DNA of 64,000 nt from Basidiobolus meristosporus CBS 931.73 (Eukaryota; Fungi; Basidiobolomycota). Position 1 is the first letter of the stretch. Each line of letters begins with the position of its first letter. Of the stretch, positions 38,270 to 52,241 are shown in pieces. Below the pieces are notes generated by a model. The model saw only the letters and a program-made list of their open reading frames with translations, ran no database searches and was not told the DNA's origin. The DNA is taken from contig MCFE01000436.1 of the NCBI GenBank assembly GCA_002104905.1, positions 1 to 64,000 on the forward strand. Direction: 5' to 3'. A program made the position numbers and the translations under genes.

Positions 38270-39660
38270 AGCTCTATGGCACTATCTAGCAATGTGATTC
38301 CTACCATTATGTAGTGGTAGGATATAGTAACTGATGATTTTGCTCAGTCTTACATACATTACCCTGATTGGCAATCTTGATTCATGTACTCTTCATAATT
38401 GTCACAATACATTCTTTTTAGTGATTTTCTACTTATGTGAGCACATTGTGTATTTATAGGGACCTAGACTGTTTTGTAAATAATGCTAGTTTCTTCTCTA
38501 AATGAATTTCTGCTGTGGTTACCAACTAATATGGGGAATCTCCTTATGTGTCCAAATGTTTGCACTTGTTATAGATCTTCTCTAATGTGGCAACAGGAAA
38601 TCCGGCAGTAGTGATGTTATTGCTACACAGAGACTATTTGTATGTGTAAGTCATAATAAGATTGGTAAGCAATAGAGTGCAGATGGTTTGAAATTGTTTA
38701 GTGCAATCTGTTTAGCTATGCTTAGTCTCAGCTCATTCTTAATACACCCCAGTCAGACTTTATCCCCTGACTTACAGGCATGGTCCAGACTAAAAATATT
38801 GATGTTGAATCTCTTTGGGCTCTTGTCAAGTGATGTAGTATGGCCCATGTCCTCATACAGATATCTGTGAGCTATTCATTAAATTGGCAGAACTGTATAC
38901 CTCAGTGAGTCATAGCAAGGGAGAAATTTGAGTGAAAGCTATGGCAAGAGTTCAAAATCAAGATGCTGTAGATGCATTTAAGATAATAAATAGCCGGACA
39001 AGTATTGAGGTCAACAACAAGCTAAGAGTGGGGGGATTTGATGTGGAGGCTGCACATAATTTGCACAATCCACTTGTGTCCCACCTGTAGGAACCAAGGA
39101 TATTTGAATAAGCTTTTGTCTTAAATAACAAGTGTACTGCATGACATATTAGTAGAACTAGATAGCTTCCAAGAGCATACACCCAGGATTTATCAGGGCA
39201 ATACTTGCTAGGTATCATACAAAGGGTAAGCAAGTGTCTTGAAGAATCAGAAGGTAGGCTTCAAGAGGCAAAATATAGACCACAAGTTACTGCACCATCA
39301 CTATGCCAGTGTGCTTCAATGAAGTCCCCACAAAGCCTAGTAGCAGCTGCATGCTGGGATACAGCAACTCAGTTGACATTTACATCCTTGTCAGAAGTGC
39401 TATGCACCAAGTTGATGCAAGTCAAGTCAATGTGTGTGGTCCATAGCAATTCTACTAGAACTCAGCAAGCTGCACAATTAGCCATAGATTCATTGGAGCC
39501 AAAGCATCATCTGGTGCAGCTCAGGGTGGGCAAGCAAGAGCACAGCACTCATCAACAAGTAGGCAGCCCATTGAGGAGTTCACATGTAGCTAAGATGATA
39601 GCCTACAAGGAAGTAGTTTTCATGTGCAAAGAGAATTATCACCAAATGATTGTGTAGAAA
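38270..39660 (-). mobile_element. Old inverted PHIS copy with internal deletion
   Basis: Right-end motif GGCACTATCT...CTACCA at 38278, transposase 5' remnant, and ORF2 homologue on the plus strand (39205-39657, EESEGRLQEAKYRPQ). Confidence 0.75.
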
Positions 39661-39698
39661 TGTCTGCAAAAAAAACTAGAAGATGATGAAATAACATA

Positions 39699-40470
39699 TG
39701 TTATGATCTACTGCTTGAACATTTAATCAGATCAGTTTTTAGTCATATCACTTAGTTTTAGGCTTAGACTATCAGTATATCAGGGCTATCTGTCAAATCA
39801 AGATCATTAGTCAGCAGATGAATTAGCAGACCCTTTTCATACAGAAATAGATACATCAAGTAAGATCTAATTGAGTGATGATGGTGCAATCAAATGAGTC
39901 ATCAGCCTGATTCTATATTAGGAAATAAAATTATGCAGCAATCAATCTGGCAAAATGTACAAAGGGAGCTGCTGGAACCTGAATAAAAATCAGTTCAAGT
40001 TTTATTGAATACAATACTAGCTAAACTCCCTATTCATCTACAACTCTTTCATCAAGACTTGTAAAATTGGTGACAGCAATAACCAGAAACCTCCCACCCT
40101 GAAGGAAGAAGGAGCCACCCTCAAGATATCAGAAAATCAAGAATAGTCTTATGCTATGCAGCAAATTCTGGCCCAACAGTAACAGTTATTCCAGATCCTT
40201 AGCCAGCAGCAACAGGGAAGGAATACTATGGACCAGAGAAAGCAAAACCCTGTCAAGAACAACTTTAGTGTGAAGGTCAACCAGTACCATGGTAGAGTTG
40301 ATGAAAATCCGTGAACTTGGCACTTCCAGACTGAAGAAGCTTTTAAGGCTAAGAGAATTACTCCAGAAATCAAGTTGTACTATACAGCCTCTTACTTAGC
40401 AGGTGCAGCTTTACAGTAGTATCATAACAAGGTCAGGTCAGCCACCATGATTGGATGCTCTACAATCTCT
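39699..40470 (+). mobile_element. Gypsy-B 5' LTR (39699-40066) plus PBS and start of gag, truncated
   Basis: LTR homologous to 36651-37019 (reverse complement). Followed by TTGGTGACAGC and a gag remnant homologous to 36300-36600. Confidence 0.8.
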
Positions 40471-40479
40471 AGCTTAGGA

Positions 40480-42370
40480 TTGTGCAGCACACCATTAATT
40501 CCAAGGTTTCACCCCAGGATCCTGATGGCTGATCTGGATTGGATTCACCTAGAGAGCCAAGTTATTTTCCACAATGACTTCCTGGCTGTCTTCCACATGC
40601 TACCTCTGTTATGAAGTAAATTCCCTTGATCTCACACATTTAAAAGCTGTATCATTGAGTGTGTCCAGATATGTTGGCTATCTTGCTGATGGCAGGGTAT
40701 TCATAAATCAGCTGATATTATGTACTTTGACATGACAGCCTTATTCAAGTACAATATCTTGCCAGCTACTTATTACTTTGATTACAGTACATAGCTCCTT
40801 CTGCTACCTAGCATATGCTATGTCAGGTGAGTATGTGATGCCTTGTGGCTCACCTTAGCTGTCCAAGTTTGTCGTATAGAATAAAAGCTTTGAAAAACAA
40901 GGCTCATTTGTGGGCCTATCTCTGTCTATAATGGTATTTCTTGTGAAATCAACAGAATCCCAATGTGCATTTGGAGAACCCATAGAGAAGCACCTGAACA
41001 GTTCATAAAGCTAACTGAGCTCAGCTACCCAGTTACTAATGAATATTAATATCGATTGCTCAAAAATTAGCATGCTTTCACCTTTAGAAGTAATGACAGC
41101 TTTGTGGACTCTTGCTACTTCCTGCAAATATTTTTTTCAGTAGCAACTTACTTGGTGTATGCTGCAAATGGACAATCATTATGCTGCTGACAAGATATGA
41201 CCCATATATTTTCCTGATACAATCACATGTAATAGTTGCATGGCTTTCACATCAGAAAAGATATTACTGGATACGCAACTTATTGAGAACTCACCACCAT
41301 AGGGGGAACATCATTAAAGTACTAGAGATTATAGATTTACCCCATCTAGTGAAGCACATGTAATCCAACAAATACCATGAAGCCATAAAGTACCATAACA
41401 AGTATCAATCAGTTTCAAATATTTTGCATATATTCAATTGCAGATACTGCAGACAACTGTGAAGAGATAATTACCTGGAAGGTATATATGTGCATATATT
41501 TGACTTGGCACTTTATATTTACTACAGAATTTACAAATATCAGAGCCAGAGCACACCTAAGTGGGTGATCAGAGTTCAGCAGGGATAAGGAGCATATTGA
41601 TCAATTCCAAAATGTATTTTGAGGATGTTCAGAATATGCCCATGGCAAAATTGGCAATAACAAGGCAAATGTATGTAAGTTGTATATACTACTAACAACA
41701 TAAGGTATATGGCAACTTTTCAAGTTTCACACCTAAAGCTGTAATATTGGGGTGATCAAAGTGTGTCCATTGCAGCAGGTAGGTATGCATGTTGCGGTTA
41801 GTGGGCAGAAGTCTATATTTCTTGATGACTTGAACTTTATGTTGGATACTCATGGTAGTTGTTGGTAAGCATAAAAGGAGGAATACTCTCCAATCCAATA
41901 TGTAAATAGCACTGAGGGATGTAGTAGAATGAAATAGCATTTGGTAAATTGGTGGAATGGCATTATACATGTGCTGCATCAGGCTGCAGCACTGCCATGA
42001 AATTGCTAGCAGACCTCTGCATTAAGGCTGTCAAAACACTGGTAAGCTTTTATCTATATGTGGCATTTGCATGTATGGGCAAGGCAGGTCCTCTCCAATA
42101 GGTGCAAACCACATTAAGACCATCAGATTGCTGTATAAGTCCTGCTAACAGAGCATAAAAATACACTCAAGTTTACCATAAAATCTGGCTAAAGAAGCTG
42201 CACAACACTGTCACAATCATTCCAAAGAGTTGTCAAGCATGTCAGTGTTTCCAAGCTGCCATCATGGGGCAGCCTTATTGTAGGATTTTGATGATTGCTC
42301 TAGATTGCATTCACCTGCTTGGCCTAGTTATATCTCATCAGCAGTATTGTGGCTCTATACTTTCCATAAG
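40480..42370 (+). mobile_element. Old CACTA-like remnants
   Basis: 40490-40580 matches the terminal region. 41500-42100 matches the reverse complement of 10700-11230. Possible end TTCCATAAGG near 42361-42370. Confidence 0.55.
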
Positions 42371-43469
42371 GCCATCAAACTCTGTGCTTTGAAGTGATAG
42401 CTGCTTTGTCATTTTCATTGTTTCTTTCAAAATTCCTTGTATCCCCATAGTACAATAGTACATGACCTGTATTGCCTGAATCTGTTCTATTGAGAAGATC
42501 TACATCCCAAAGAAAAAAACTCAACAAATGACCTGTAAAATACAAACTGAATATCAGTGTTTTTCATGTATTCCAAATAGTGAAAACTCTCAATATCTGA
42601 GTCAGTACCTTCATAGCATATGTTGAATCATTTTTTCAGGCAAAACTAGGCCAACTGGTATACATATCACACATGAAAGACAGCTTCTGCTCAATTGCAC
42701 CAGAAGTTGCAACTGAAAATATGCAGCCAATGCACCAGTAGAATACCTTGAACCATGAGCTAAGAATTCTATGAACTCTGAGTCTGAGATTTTCATAGGG
42801 CTAACAACCAACTAATATAAGCATTGTTCCATACTTTGTCTGCTTGTCTGCCTCCTGGTTACTTACAGCAACTTATGTTTTCATCAAGATATTTACACAC
42901 TTTTCAAGCTATCTGTCATTTGTACATTGATCTGCTGTGCTTTGACCCTATGAAAATGATTAGGATGATCCTGTCAAATGACTGTCACATGATTCTTATC
43001 CTGTGACTAAGAGGTATATATCACGTGAGGATTCCATGCAATGACTGTTAAAAAAATGACTCCTCAGATCTTGCAAAAACCCAATTTAGATTTTTAATCA
43101 TAATAATGTATAAGAGGCTTTTGATGGTTGGCAGCCACTTATCTCAATTTCTGATCCCTATTACTCAATCAACTCATATATCTGTGTACAGTAAAGGCTA
43201 CTATTACTTTCATATAGTTTACCTCCTAACTCCCCCATTGCAGGTACTTCTGATGAATATAAAGTGGTACATTTCCATTGAATCTTTAATTATAATCAAT
43301 TGCCAGTTATACTGACCTATCCAAGTCCCTATACCTTATACATACATTAAGCCCAAATGTGCACTCACTATGTAACTCTATCAGAATCCTCCATTGAATA
43401 AGCACTTCTGCTGTAACAACCTTTTCCATGATGTTGGTGGAAACCCTATGGCTTAGGAGACTCTTTATC

Positions 43470-44640
43470 CTTGTCTGCAAGATTAATGTGATAAAGCAAG
43501 AGACTACTTACCATACTCTTCACAGCAAAATGGAGTGGCTGAGCATGCAGACCAGTCAATAATTGATATGACATGATCTATGATCCATGATCAAAAATTA
43601 CCATATAATTTATTGGGCGGAATCAGTTGCCACAGCTGTATACCTCAAAAATTGAAGTTATACAAAAACACTTTGTGATACAACCCCATTTGAAGCATGG
43701 TATGGATGCAGACCAAGTGCAGATCATCTAAGTATACTTGGTAGTACATCATATGCCAAGAAACAGCTTGGAAATCAGTCAAAATTTGAGACACAAAGTG
43801 TTAAATGCATATTTTAGAGCCACTGCAACAGGAGCAATGCATACAGACTCAAAAATACCAAAACAAAGAGGCTGATCATGTCCAGGGATGGTTTGTGTGA
43901 TGAAAACTCATAATCTTCCCAAAGAATGACATTAGAGGATTGCAAAAATCTTATCTTAAGAACACCAATAGATAGAATTGAATAAGAGCAAAACAATCAT
44001 GGTTTTTCACTCCAGAGGACTCTACAACCATGGTTTCGCCAGAATCTGTGCCAAGGATTATCCAAGAAGTGAATTTTCTATTATTAAATGCCCAGATATC
44101 CAGCAAAAAAGAAATAGCCAAAATTGCTGTATCAATGAGGGTGCAAGCTTAGCCTATGCCTTTTTGGACTATATTGATCAGCCCCAGACTGTAAAAGAGG
44201 CCCTATATAGCCCTCAGGCAAAGCTTTGGGGATCTGCAATGACTGCGGAATATTGGGTCCTAATGAAAAATCAAACTTGGGCTTATTCAATTTACCAATC
44301 AACCAAAAACCAATTGGATGTAGATGGGTATTTAAGACAAAATAAAGGGCTGATGGCGCAATTGAAAGATACAAAGCAAGTCTTCTGGTCAAAGGATACC
44401 CACAAGTAAGAGGACTTCATAATACTAAGACCTTTGCACTAGCAGCCAAGTTTAATTCTGTCAGATTAATACTTGCTATTGCTGCTAAATATAAGTTTCT
44501 TCTACATCAAATTGATGTTAAAGTGGCATTTTTGAATGGAGACCTTGATGAGGTAACATATACAGACCAGCTCAATAAGTTTGTTAGCCTAGATAACCCC
44601 CTTTGGTGTGCAAGCTTTAAAAAAATCTATATGTAATTGC
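43470..44640 (+). pseudogene. Older Copia integrase-RT remnant
   Basis: Colinear with the reverse complement of ~54650-55800, including QPQTVKEALYSPQAKLWGSAMTAEY. Confidence 0.85.
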
Positions 44641-44649
44641 ACAGAAATA

Positions 44650-46640
44650 CACTGACAAGTTTGAGAAATCACCATTTCCACAACTTACAAATCAAGAAAT
44701 GTTCAATGCTATCAGCAATCTCAGTCAGTTAATGCCTGAAATGGCTGAACCCATGAGCATGGATATCCTTATAAACTACCATGACAATATTCACCAATCT
44801 TATCTAGTGAAAAACTACAACTTGAAGTGGAAAAGCCTTTTATTCTATTACAACAGGATGCTATGCTGCTACTGTCAGCAATATTGAAGTGGAATGTGTT
44901 TTTGACTCTGGATCAGAGAGCAATGCTGTCACTAATACAACTTGTGAAAAAATCAAGTTGCCATTGATAGAAGTTGACTGCAATATGGCAACTGCTACAG
45001 GTGCAACAGAGCAGATGCTTGGACTTTGTCACTCTGTACCAATTGAAACTGGAGGAATCAGGGCTACTCATCCCTATATCATTGTTGCCAATGGATCAAC
45101 TTTTGAGGTATTGTTGGGATGACCATATGAGAGATAATCTCTTCTACAAGCTGGTAACAGAGCTGATGGAAGCTTATGGCTGGCAATCACATCTGACAAT
45201 CAGAATAGATGGGTAACATTTTGTGCAGTTGAAGAGAGTAATCCAAGGAATGCAGATTCTATTCCAGTACAAGATATACAGGTCCATGAGGATATTCTGT
45301 TTTTGATCAACAATTCATCCTATCAACAATCAACAAGACAAATACCATGTATAAGCCAGTTGCATTGAAGGCAAAGCCAGTGTCTAATAGAATCTCACTA
45401 TCTGCCCACAACAATCCTCAGATGGAGCCTTTGCATAAGTATGAAAAAACCAGACTTACAGAAGAGAGACTTCAAGAGTCAACTATTAGACCTACTCTAA
45501 CCACTGAAGAAAAAAGTATACTTTTGACCATGCTATAATGCTATAACAATGTTGTTGCATTTAATGATGCATAAAGAGGATGTTTATCCACAGTACTGTC
45601 CCCACTGGCTGAGATCCATACTGTGGAACATATACCATAGGTGCCAAGAACATATCCTATTCCCTCTAGATTACTGAGCAAAGTAATTGAAATGCTACAA
45701 TCAAGATTTTGAAGTGGAGTCATTAAATAGAGTTATGGACCATATTGTAATCCCTGGTAAGTACCACTGAAGAATAATGGAAGCCTACAACTCATTCAAG
45801 TTGTACAGCATTTGAATAAGGTCTCCATTGAAGATGCTATGTAACCATTCATACAACATGAGTATATTGAGTAGTTTGCTGGATATCCCCTGATTACAAC
45901 ATAGATTCTTCATTCAGGATATGGCAAAATACTACGGGATCTGAATTCAAGAGATTTCACAGCTACAGATACACCAATATGGCTCATAAAGATAACACAA
46001 ACTCCTCTATGATGGACTAACTCTGTGCAAAATTACCAACAAGCAATGTTTTGGGTATTGGATGACTGTTTCCATGAAATATATTGACCATTTTTTGATG
46101 ACATTACAGTTTGGAATGAGTCCAGAGAAAAAGATACACAGCATCTCTGACCCCAATTAAAACAATATGTTTATGATCACATATTCACTATTAAAAGAGT
46201 CATGAAGAAACTTCAAGCTTCTGGTCTGACTGTATCTGGAGCCAAATGCAAGTTTGGCTACAACAAAGTAATCATTCTAGGTGAACTTATTACTGAAAGA
46301 GGGAGATTGCCTGATCTGTAAAGCTTTCCTTGGCTCTAAGTTAGAAGACACCAAGCAATATTCATCAAGTCAGACAACTATTGGGACCTACTGGTCTGTT
46401 CAGCATCTGGATCAAGAACTACACTCAGATTGCTAACCCACTGACTCATCTATTACAGAAAAACCAGAAATTTAAATGGCATGAAAAGCAGGAAAATAAT
46501 ATGTCAACATTATTTGAATCATTATCAAAGCCACCTGTTTAGAAGCTATAGACTACAATGCTATTAACTCACGGCCAATCATGGTTTCAGTGGATAGCTC
46601 TAGAGTTTGGGTTAGTGGAATCATGATTCAAGTTTAAAAA
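44650..46640 (+). pseudogene. Decayed Gypsy pol (PR-RT) of the same lineage as family A, distinct family
   Basis: ECVFDSGSESNAV...FEVLLG*PY, MYKPVALKAKPV, and an RT with FFDDI; many stops. Confidence 0.75.
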
Positions 46641-47025
46641 ACATGAGCCTCACTGCTATAGCCTAACCTATAGATATTGGATCCTTGGCTACTTCATGTT
46701 CTGGGTGCCTAATGATTTGGTGAGAATAATTCTGGTATGTCTCAACAAGGAATATGATTATAATTCTCTAGGATTTGTAAGAAATTTTATAAGTGACCAA
46801 GTCAAGTGAATATTTAGGTGCAATTCCAACTTTTTATAATAAATAGCAGGTACCAAGGACATGAGCTTTTGATAAGTTACACAAACAGGCCCAAACATGT
46901 GCTCTTGGGACCTTCCTAAGCAAATCTACATGTTTATTTTACCAAGATCACATAAAGGTATCAATACCAAATTATAGTCAATACGTCATTAAGTGAGAAC
47001 CACATAATCCTCTTGCACTCCCAAT

Positions 47026-50000
47026 TGTTGTATGGGTCTTGAAGATATTGGAAGTGATTGGGAGGACAAGTTGATTATGTGGTTTTCACTTAATGATTTA
47101 TTGAATGTAAAAGTAGTATTTATACTTTTACCTGGTCTTGGCATTACAAACATGTAGAATAGGTTAAGGAAGGTCCCAAGAACATGTGTGCAAAGTTTGG
47201 GGCTGTTTGGACAACTTTGAGAATTTTCATGTTCTGGGTACCTGGTATTTTGGTGAAAATATTCTAAGTAAATCCCAACAAGGAATTTTGGTCAGTATTC
47301 TCTAGGATTTGAAGGTGATGATCTAAGTGACTAAGTTAGGTGAATATTTAGGTGGAAATACAAACTTTTACAACACTCCCACTCAGCTAAATGTTCATAC
47401 TGACTAGTCCTAATTTTGACCTAAGATATTCAAACTTGTCTCTAGCTAATGGTTTGGTAAATATGTCTGCAATCATTTCATCTGTAGGACAGTAAACTAA
47501 GCTAACTAAGTTATTCTCTATAGCTTCACATATGAAATGATGTCTAATATCTATGTGCTTGGTTCTAGCATGAAAAGTTGGATTTCTACCTAATTGTATA
47601 CACCCTTGATTATCTTGAAATAAAGTAATAGGCGTTTTTTGACATAGGCCTAAATCTGTAAAAAGCTTTCTTAACCACATTGCTTCCTTTGTAGCTTCAC
47701 AGGCTGCCATATACTCTGCCTCTGTGGTGGAAAGTGCTATGGTTGGCTGCTTTCTTGAGTTCCATGAAATTGCTCCTTTACAGTAAAGAAAGGTGTATCC
47801 TGTGGTGGATCTTCTGTCTTCTAAATTTTGTCCCCAATCAGCATCAGAGTATCCCACAAGACCCTGCTCTGAATCCTTATAAGTGTATCTTAAGCAGATA
47901 TCAGCAGTTCCTTTTAGGTATCTAAAAATCTGCTTAACTGCTGCAATATGATCAGATCCATAGTTCTGATTATGTTGGCTGACAACTCCCACTGAATATG
48001 AGATATCTGGACATGTTCCAAGCATAATATACATCAGACTGCCAACCATAGATTGATAAGGAAAGTCAGGGCTTTCAGATGGCACCAAGCTCTCTTGATT
48101 TGGTTGAGTTTTGACCAAGTCAAGGTTTGTCTCCATTGGGGTAGCTGCTGGTTTACAGTCTTCCATTTGGTACTACTTTAGTATATCTTGAATATACTTG
48201 GATTGACTTAGGGTATAGTCTGGGTACTTCTGTCTATGGAGAACTTAATTCTTAAGTAGTAACTAAGTTCTCCTAGATTGGACATCTTGAACTCCTTAGA
48301 TAGGCTGGATTTAGTCTCTTCCAATGTTTCTAGGTTATTGGCGGCTATAATAAGATCATCCACATATAGAGCTAATAGAGCTGGACTTGCTCTATCTGGC
48401 TTATAGTATATACTATAGTCAGCATTACTCCTTTTGAAACTCAAAGATTCCAAATAAGAATCTATCTTGCAATTCCAGGCTCTTGGTGATTGTTTGAGAC
48501 CATATAGTGACTTTTTAAGCTTGCAGACCAAATGAGGGCTATCTTGGTCAACAAACCCATCAGGCTGGTCCATATACACATCCTCATCAAGTTCTCCATT
48601 CAAAAATGCAGTTTTTACATCCATTTGATGTATAAAAAACTTGTATTTGGCTGCAATAGCCAATATTGATCAAATGGAATTAAACTTGGCTACCGGTGCA
48701 AAGGTCTCAGTATAGTCAAGTCCTTTTGTTTGAGAGTATCCTTTGGCTACAAGTCTTGCTTTGTATCTTTCAATTGTACCATCAGCCTTGTATTTTGTCT
48801 TAAAGACCAATCTGCATCCAATTGATTTCTGGTTGATTGGTAATTTGACTCAGTTCCAAGTTTGATTTTCCATCAGGGCCTGATATTCCTCAGTCATTGC
48901 AGATCTCCAAAACTTTGTCTGAGGGCTATTTAGGGCCTCTTTTACAGTCTGGGGTTCAGCAATATGGACTGAATAGGCATAGACTAAGTTTGTTCCCTCA
49001 TTGATATAGTAGTTTGGGCTATTTCTTGTCCGATTGGATCTCCTGGCATTTGATACTGGAATGATCACTTCTGGGATATTCCTAGGCACTGATTCTGGCT
49101 GAACCATGGTTGTAGAGTCCTCTGGAGTGAAAAAATTCTCATTGTCTTGCTCTGATTTAATCCTGACAATTGGTGGACTTGAGATCAAATTTTTGTCATC
49201 ATCTGATGTCATTTTTTGTGAAAATTTTGAATTTTCATCAAACAACACACCCCTGGACTTGATCAGCTTCTTTGCTTTGGTATTGTAGAGTCTGTATGCC
49301 TTACTCTCATTGCAGTAGCCCAAAAATATGCATTTTACACTTTTTGGCTCAAATTTTGACTGATTTCCGGCCAGTTTTTTGGCATATGCTGTACACCCAA
49401 ATATTCTTAGATGTTCTGCACTTGGTCTGTATCCATACTATGCTTCAAGTGGAGTAGAATCACAAAGTATTCTGTTATAACTCCTATTTTTAAGGTATAC
49501 AGCAGTGGCAACTGATTCCGCCCAAAAATCATAGGATAATTTTTGATCATGGATCATAGATCTTGCCATATCAATTATTGATCTGTTAGCTTGTTCTGCT
49601 ACTCCATTTCGCTGTGGGGAGTATGGTACAGTAGTCTCTTGCTTTATCCCATGAATTTTGCAGAAGTGGATGAAGAGTTTTGAGGTATATTCTCCACCAT
49701 TGTCAGAGCGTATTTTCTTGATTTTTTCACCAGTTTCTCTCTCCACCATAGCTTTAAACTCCCTGAGCTTAGACAGAGCTACTTTCTTTCTTTCCATGAA
49801 GTAGACCCATGTGTATTTTGTATAATCATCAATAAAAGTGATTAAATACTTCATCCTGCCTAAGGATAAATTTCCATAGGCCCACACAGATCTGAGTGAA
49901 TTAGATCTAATTTTTTCATAGTTTTGATTAACCCAGAGCTCTTGAACAGTTGTCTGGCTTGTTTCCCATATATGCAGGCTTCACTGTGCTCCAAATTAGC

Positions 50001-52241
50001 TGATCTTTGATCATTTCACGCAAATAATCAGAATTGATGTGTCCAAATCTCCTGTGCCAAAGTATTGGTGTTTCTTCATTTAAGTTACTTATATGGGCTT
50101 CCAGATATGATGGAATATAAGTCAACTTGTATAGATTCTGATCTCTGATGCCCAAAGCAATATGGGCACCATTTTGGTCAGTGATCCTGCATCCAGAATT
50201 GTCAAACTGAAACTGAGTCCTTGTGCTGTGGCCTTGCTTACAGATAGTAGGTTCTTGGCTATTTCTGGTACATAGAGTACTCCTTTAAAGGTCAGTGTAT
50301 GGCTTCCTTCACTGCTTCTAAGGTTTACTTGGATAGTTCCTTCTCCCACTGCATCAAGTGTTCTATTGTCACCCATGAAAACCTTCTTAATTGGAATTTC
50401 TTGATATTGGGTAAAAAGTTCTTTTTGGTGTGTAAAGTGTTGAGGAGCTCCAGAGTCAATATACCACATCTGAGAATCCTTGTTTGTGGTCATATTTAGT
50501 GCAGATATGAATAGTCTATCTTCAGCTGTTGCAGCAGTTCTATATTCAGGCTTCTTTTGCTGATTATCTTTCTTTTTGAGACACTGGTCTGATGTGTGTC
50601 CATTCCTTTTGTAGTAGTTACAAAACAGGTTGCTGTTGCCTTTGTAGGGTCTTGGGTACCTCCTTTGTTGGTTATCATGGCATATTAAAGCATTTTCTTC
50701 TTCCTTTTTATTGGCGCTTGATTTACTTAATTCTTCATCCAGGAGCCTTCCACATATGTAATTTAAGGTCAAATCTTCAGTTCTGGGCTCTAGGGCTGAT
50801 ACAAGGCCCTGACACTTGTCTGTCAGGCTATTCAGGATGGTAACTATCACATCCTCATCAGTGGTTGGTACACCCACAGATTCCATCTCATCCACCAGCA
50901 GGGTAATTCTGTTAATTAGATTTTCATTTCTTCTCCTGGCAGCATCTTTGTAGTAAAGAATTTTTGTCTCAGATACATTTTCTTAGCAGCTGAGCATGAC
51001 TGGTAGGTGTCTTCTAATACCTTCCAGGCATTCTTTGCTGTTTTTGCTCTTGAGCATTGAATTAGCAATTTGTCTTTAACATTAATGCAAATGCAGTTAA
51101 AGGCACTTTGTTCTTTCTTCTGGTACTTTAAGGCTTCCTCTCCCATGTTTTTAGGAGGGCATTCTTCTCCCATAACAATATCACAAAGGCCTCTTTCTTG
51201 TAGCAGCATCTTCATCTTCACCTTCCACACTTGGTAGTTAGATCCATCCAACTGTTCAGCAGAGGGAAAAATTCCAGTAATAGCAGTAGTAGACATTGCA
51301 GAGAGTGACAGCTTGGGGCTCATAACCTGTTGTAAGAGTCGTAGAGATATTGGAAGTGATTGGGAGGACAAGTAGACTATGTGGTTTTCACTTAATGATT
51401 TATTGAATGTAAAAGTAGTATTTATACTTTTACATGGTCTTGGCATTACAAATACATAGAATAGGTTAAGGAAGGTCCCAAGAACATGTGTGCAAAGTTT
51501 GGGGCTGTTTGAACAACTTAGAATATTTTCACCAAAGTACCAGGTACCCAGAACATGAAAATTCTCAAAGTAAATCCCAACAAGGAATTTGGTCAGTATT
51601 CTCTAGGATTTGAAGGTGATAATCTAAGTGACTAAGTTAGGTGAATATATAGGTGGAAATACAAATTTTTACAACACTTTCTTCTGGTACTTTAAGGCTT
51701 CCTCTCCCATGTTTTTAGGAGGGCATTCTTCTCCCAGGACAATATCCCAAAGGCCTCTTTCTTGTAGCAGCATCTTCATTTTCACCTTCCACACTTGGTA
51801 GTTAGATCCATCCAACTTTTCAGCAGAGGGAAAAATTCCAGTAATAGCAGTAGTGGACATTGCAGAGAGTGACAGCTTGGGGCTCATAACCTGTTGTAAG
51901 AGTCTTGGAGATATTGGAAGTGATTGGGAGAACAAGTAGATTATGTGGTTTTCACTTATTGATTTATTGAATGTAAAAGTAGTATTTATACTTTTACCTG
52001 GTCTTGGCATTACAAACACGTAGAATAGGTTAAGGAAGGTCCCAAGAACATGTGTGCAAGGTTTGGGGCTGTTTGGACAACTTTGAGAATTTTCATGTTC
52101 TGGGTACCTGGTATTTTGGTGAAAATATTCTAAGTAAATCCCAACAAGGAATTTTGGTCAGTATTCTCTAGGATTTGAAGGTGATGATCTAAGTGACTAA
52201 GTTAGGTGAATATTTAGGTGGAAATACAAATTTTTACAACA
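47026..52241 (-). mobile_element. Copia element with three LTRs (47026-47375, 51328-51676, 51892-52241), TSD CCAAT, pol frameshifted
   Basis: CCAAT at 47021-47025 and 52242-52246. gag/PR/IN/RT/RH ORF pieces at 47387-51446. Extra gag 5' piece at 51677-51891. A 31-bp deletion between AAATTAGCTG repeats near 50000. Confidence 0.93.
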
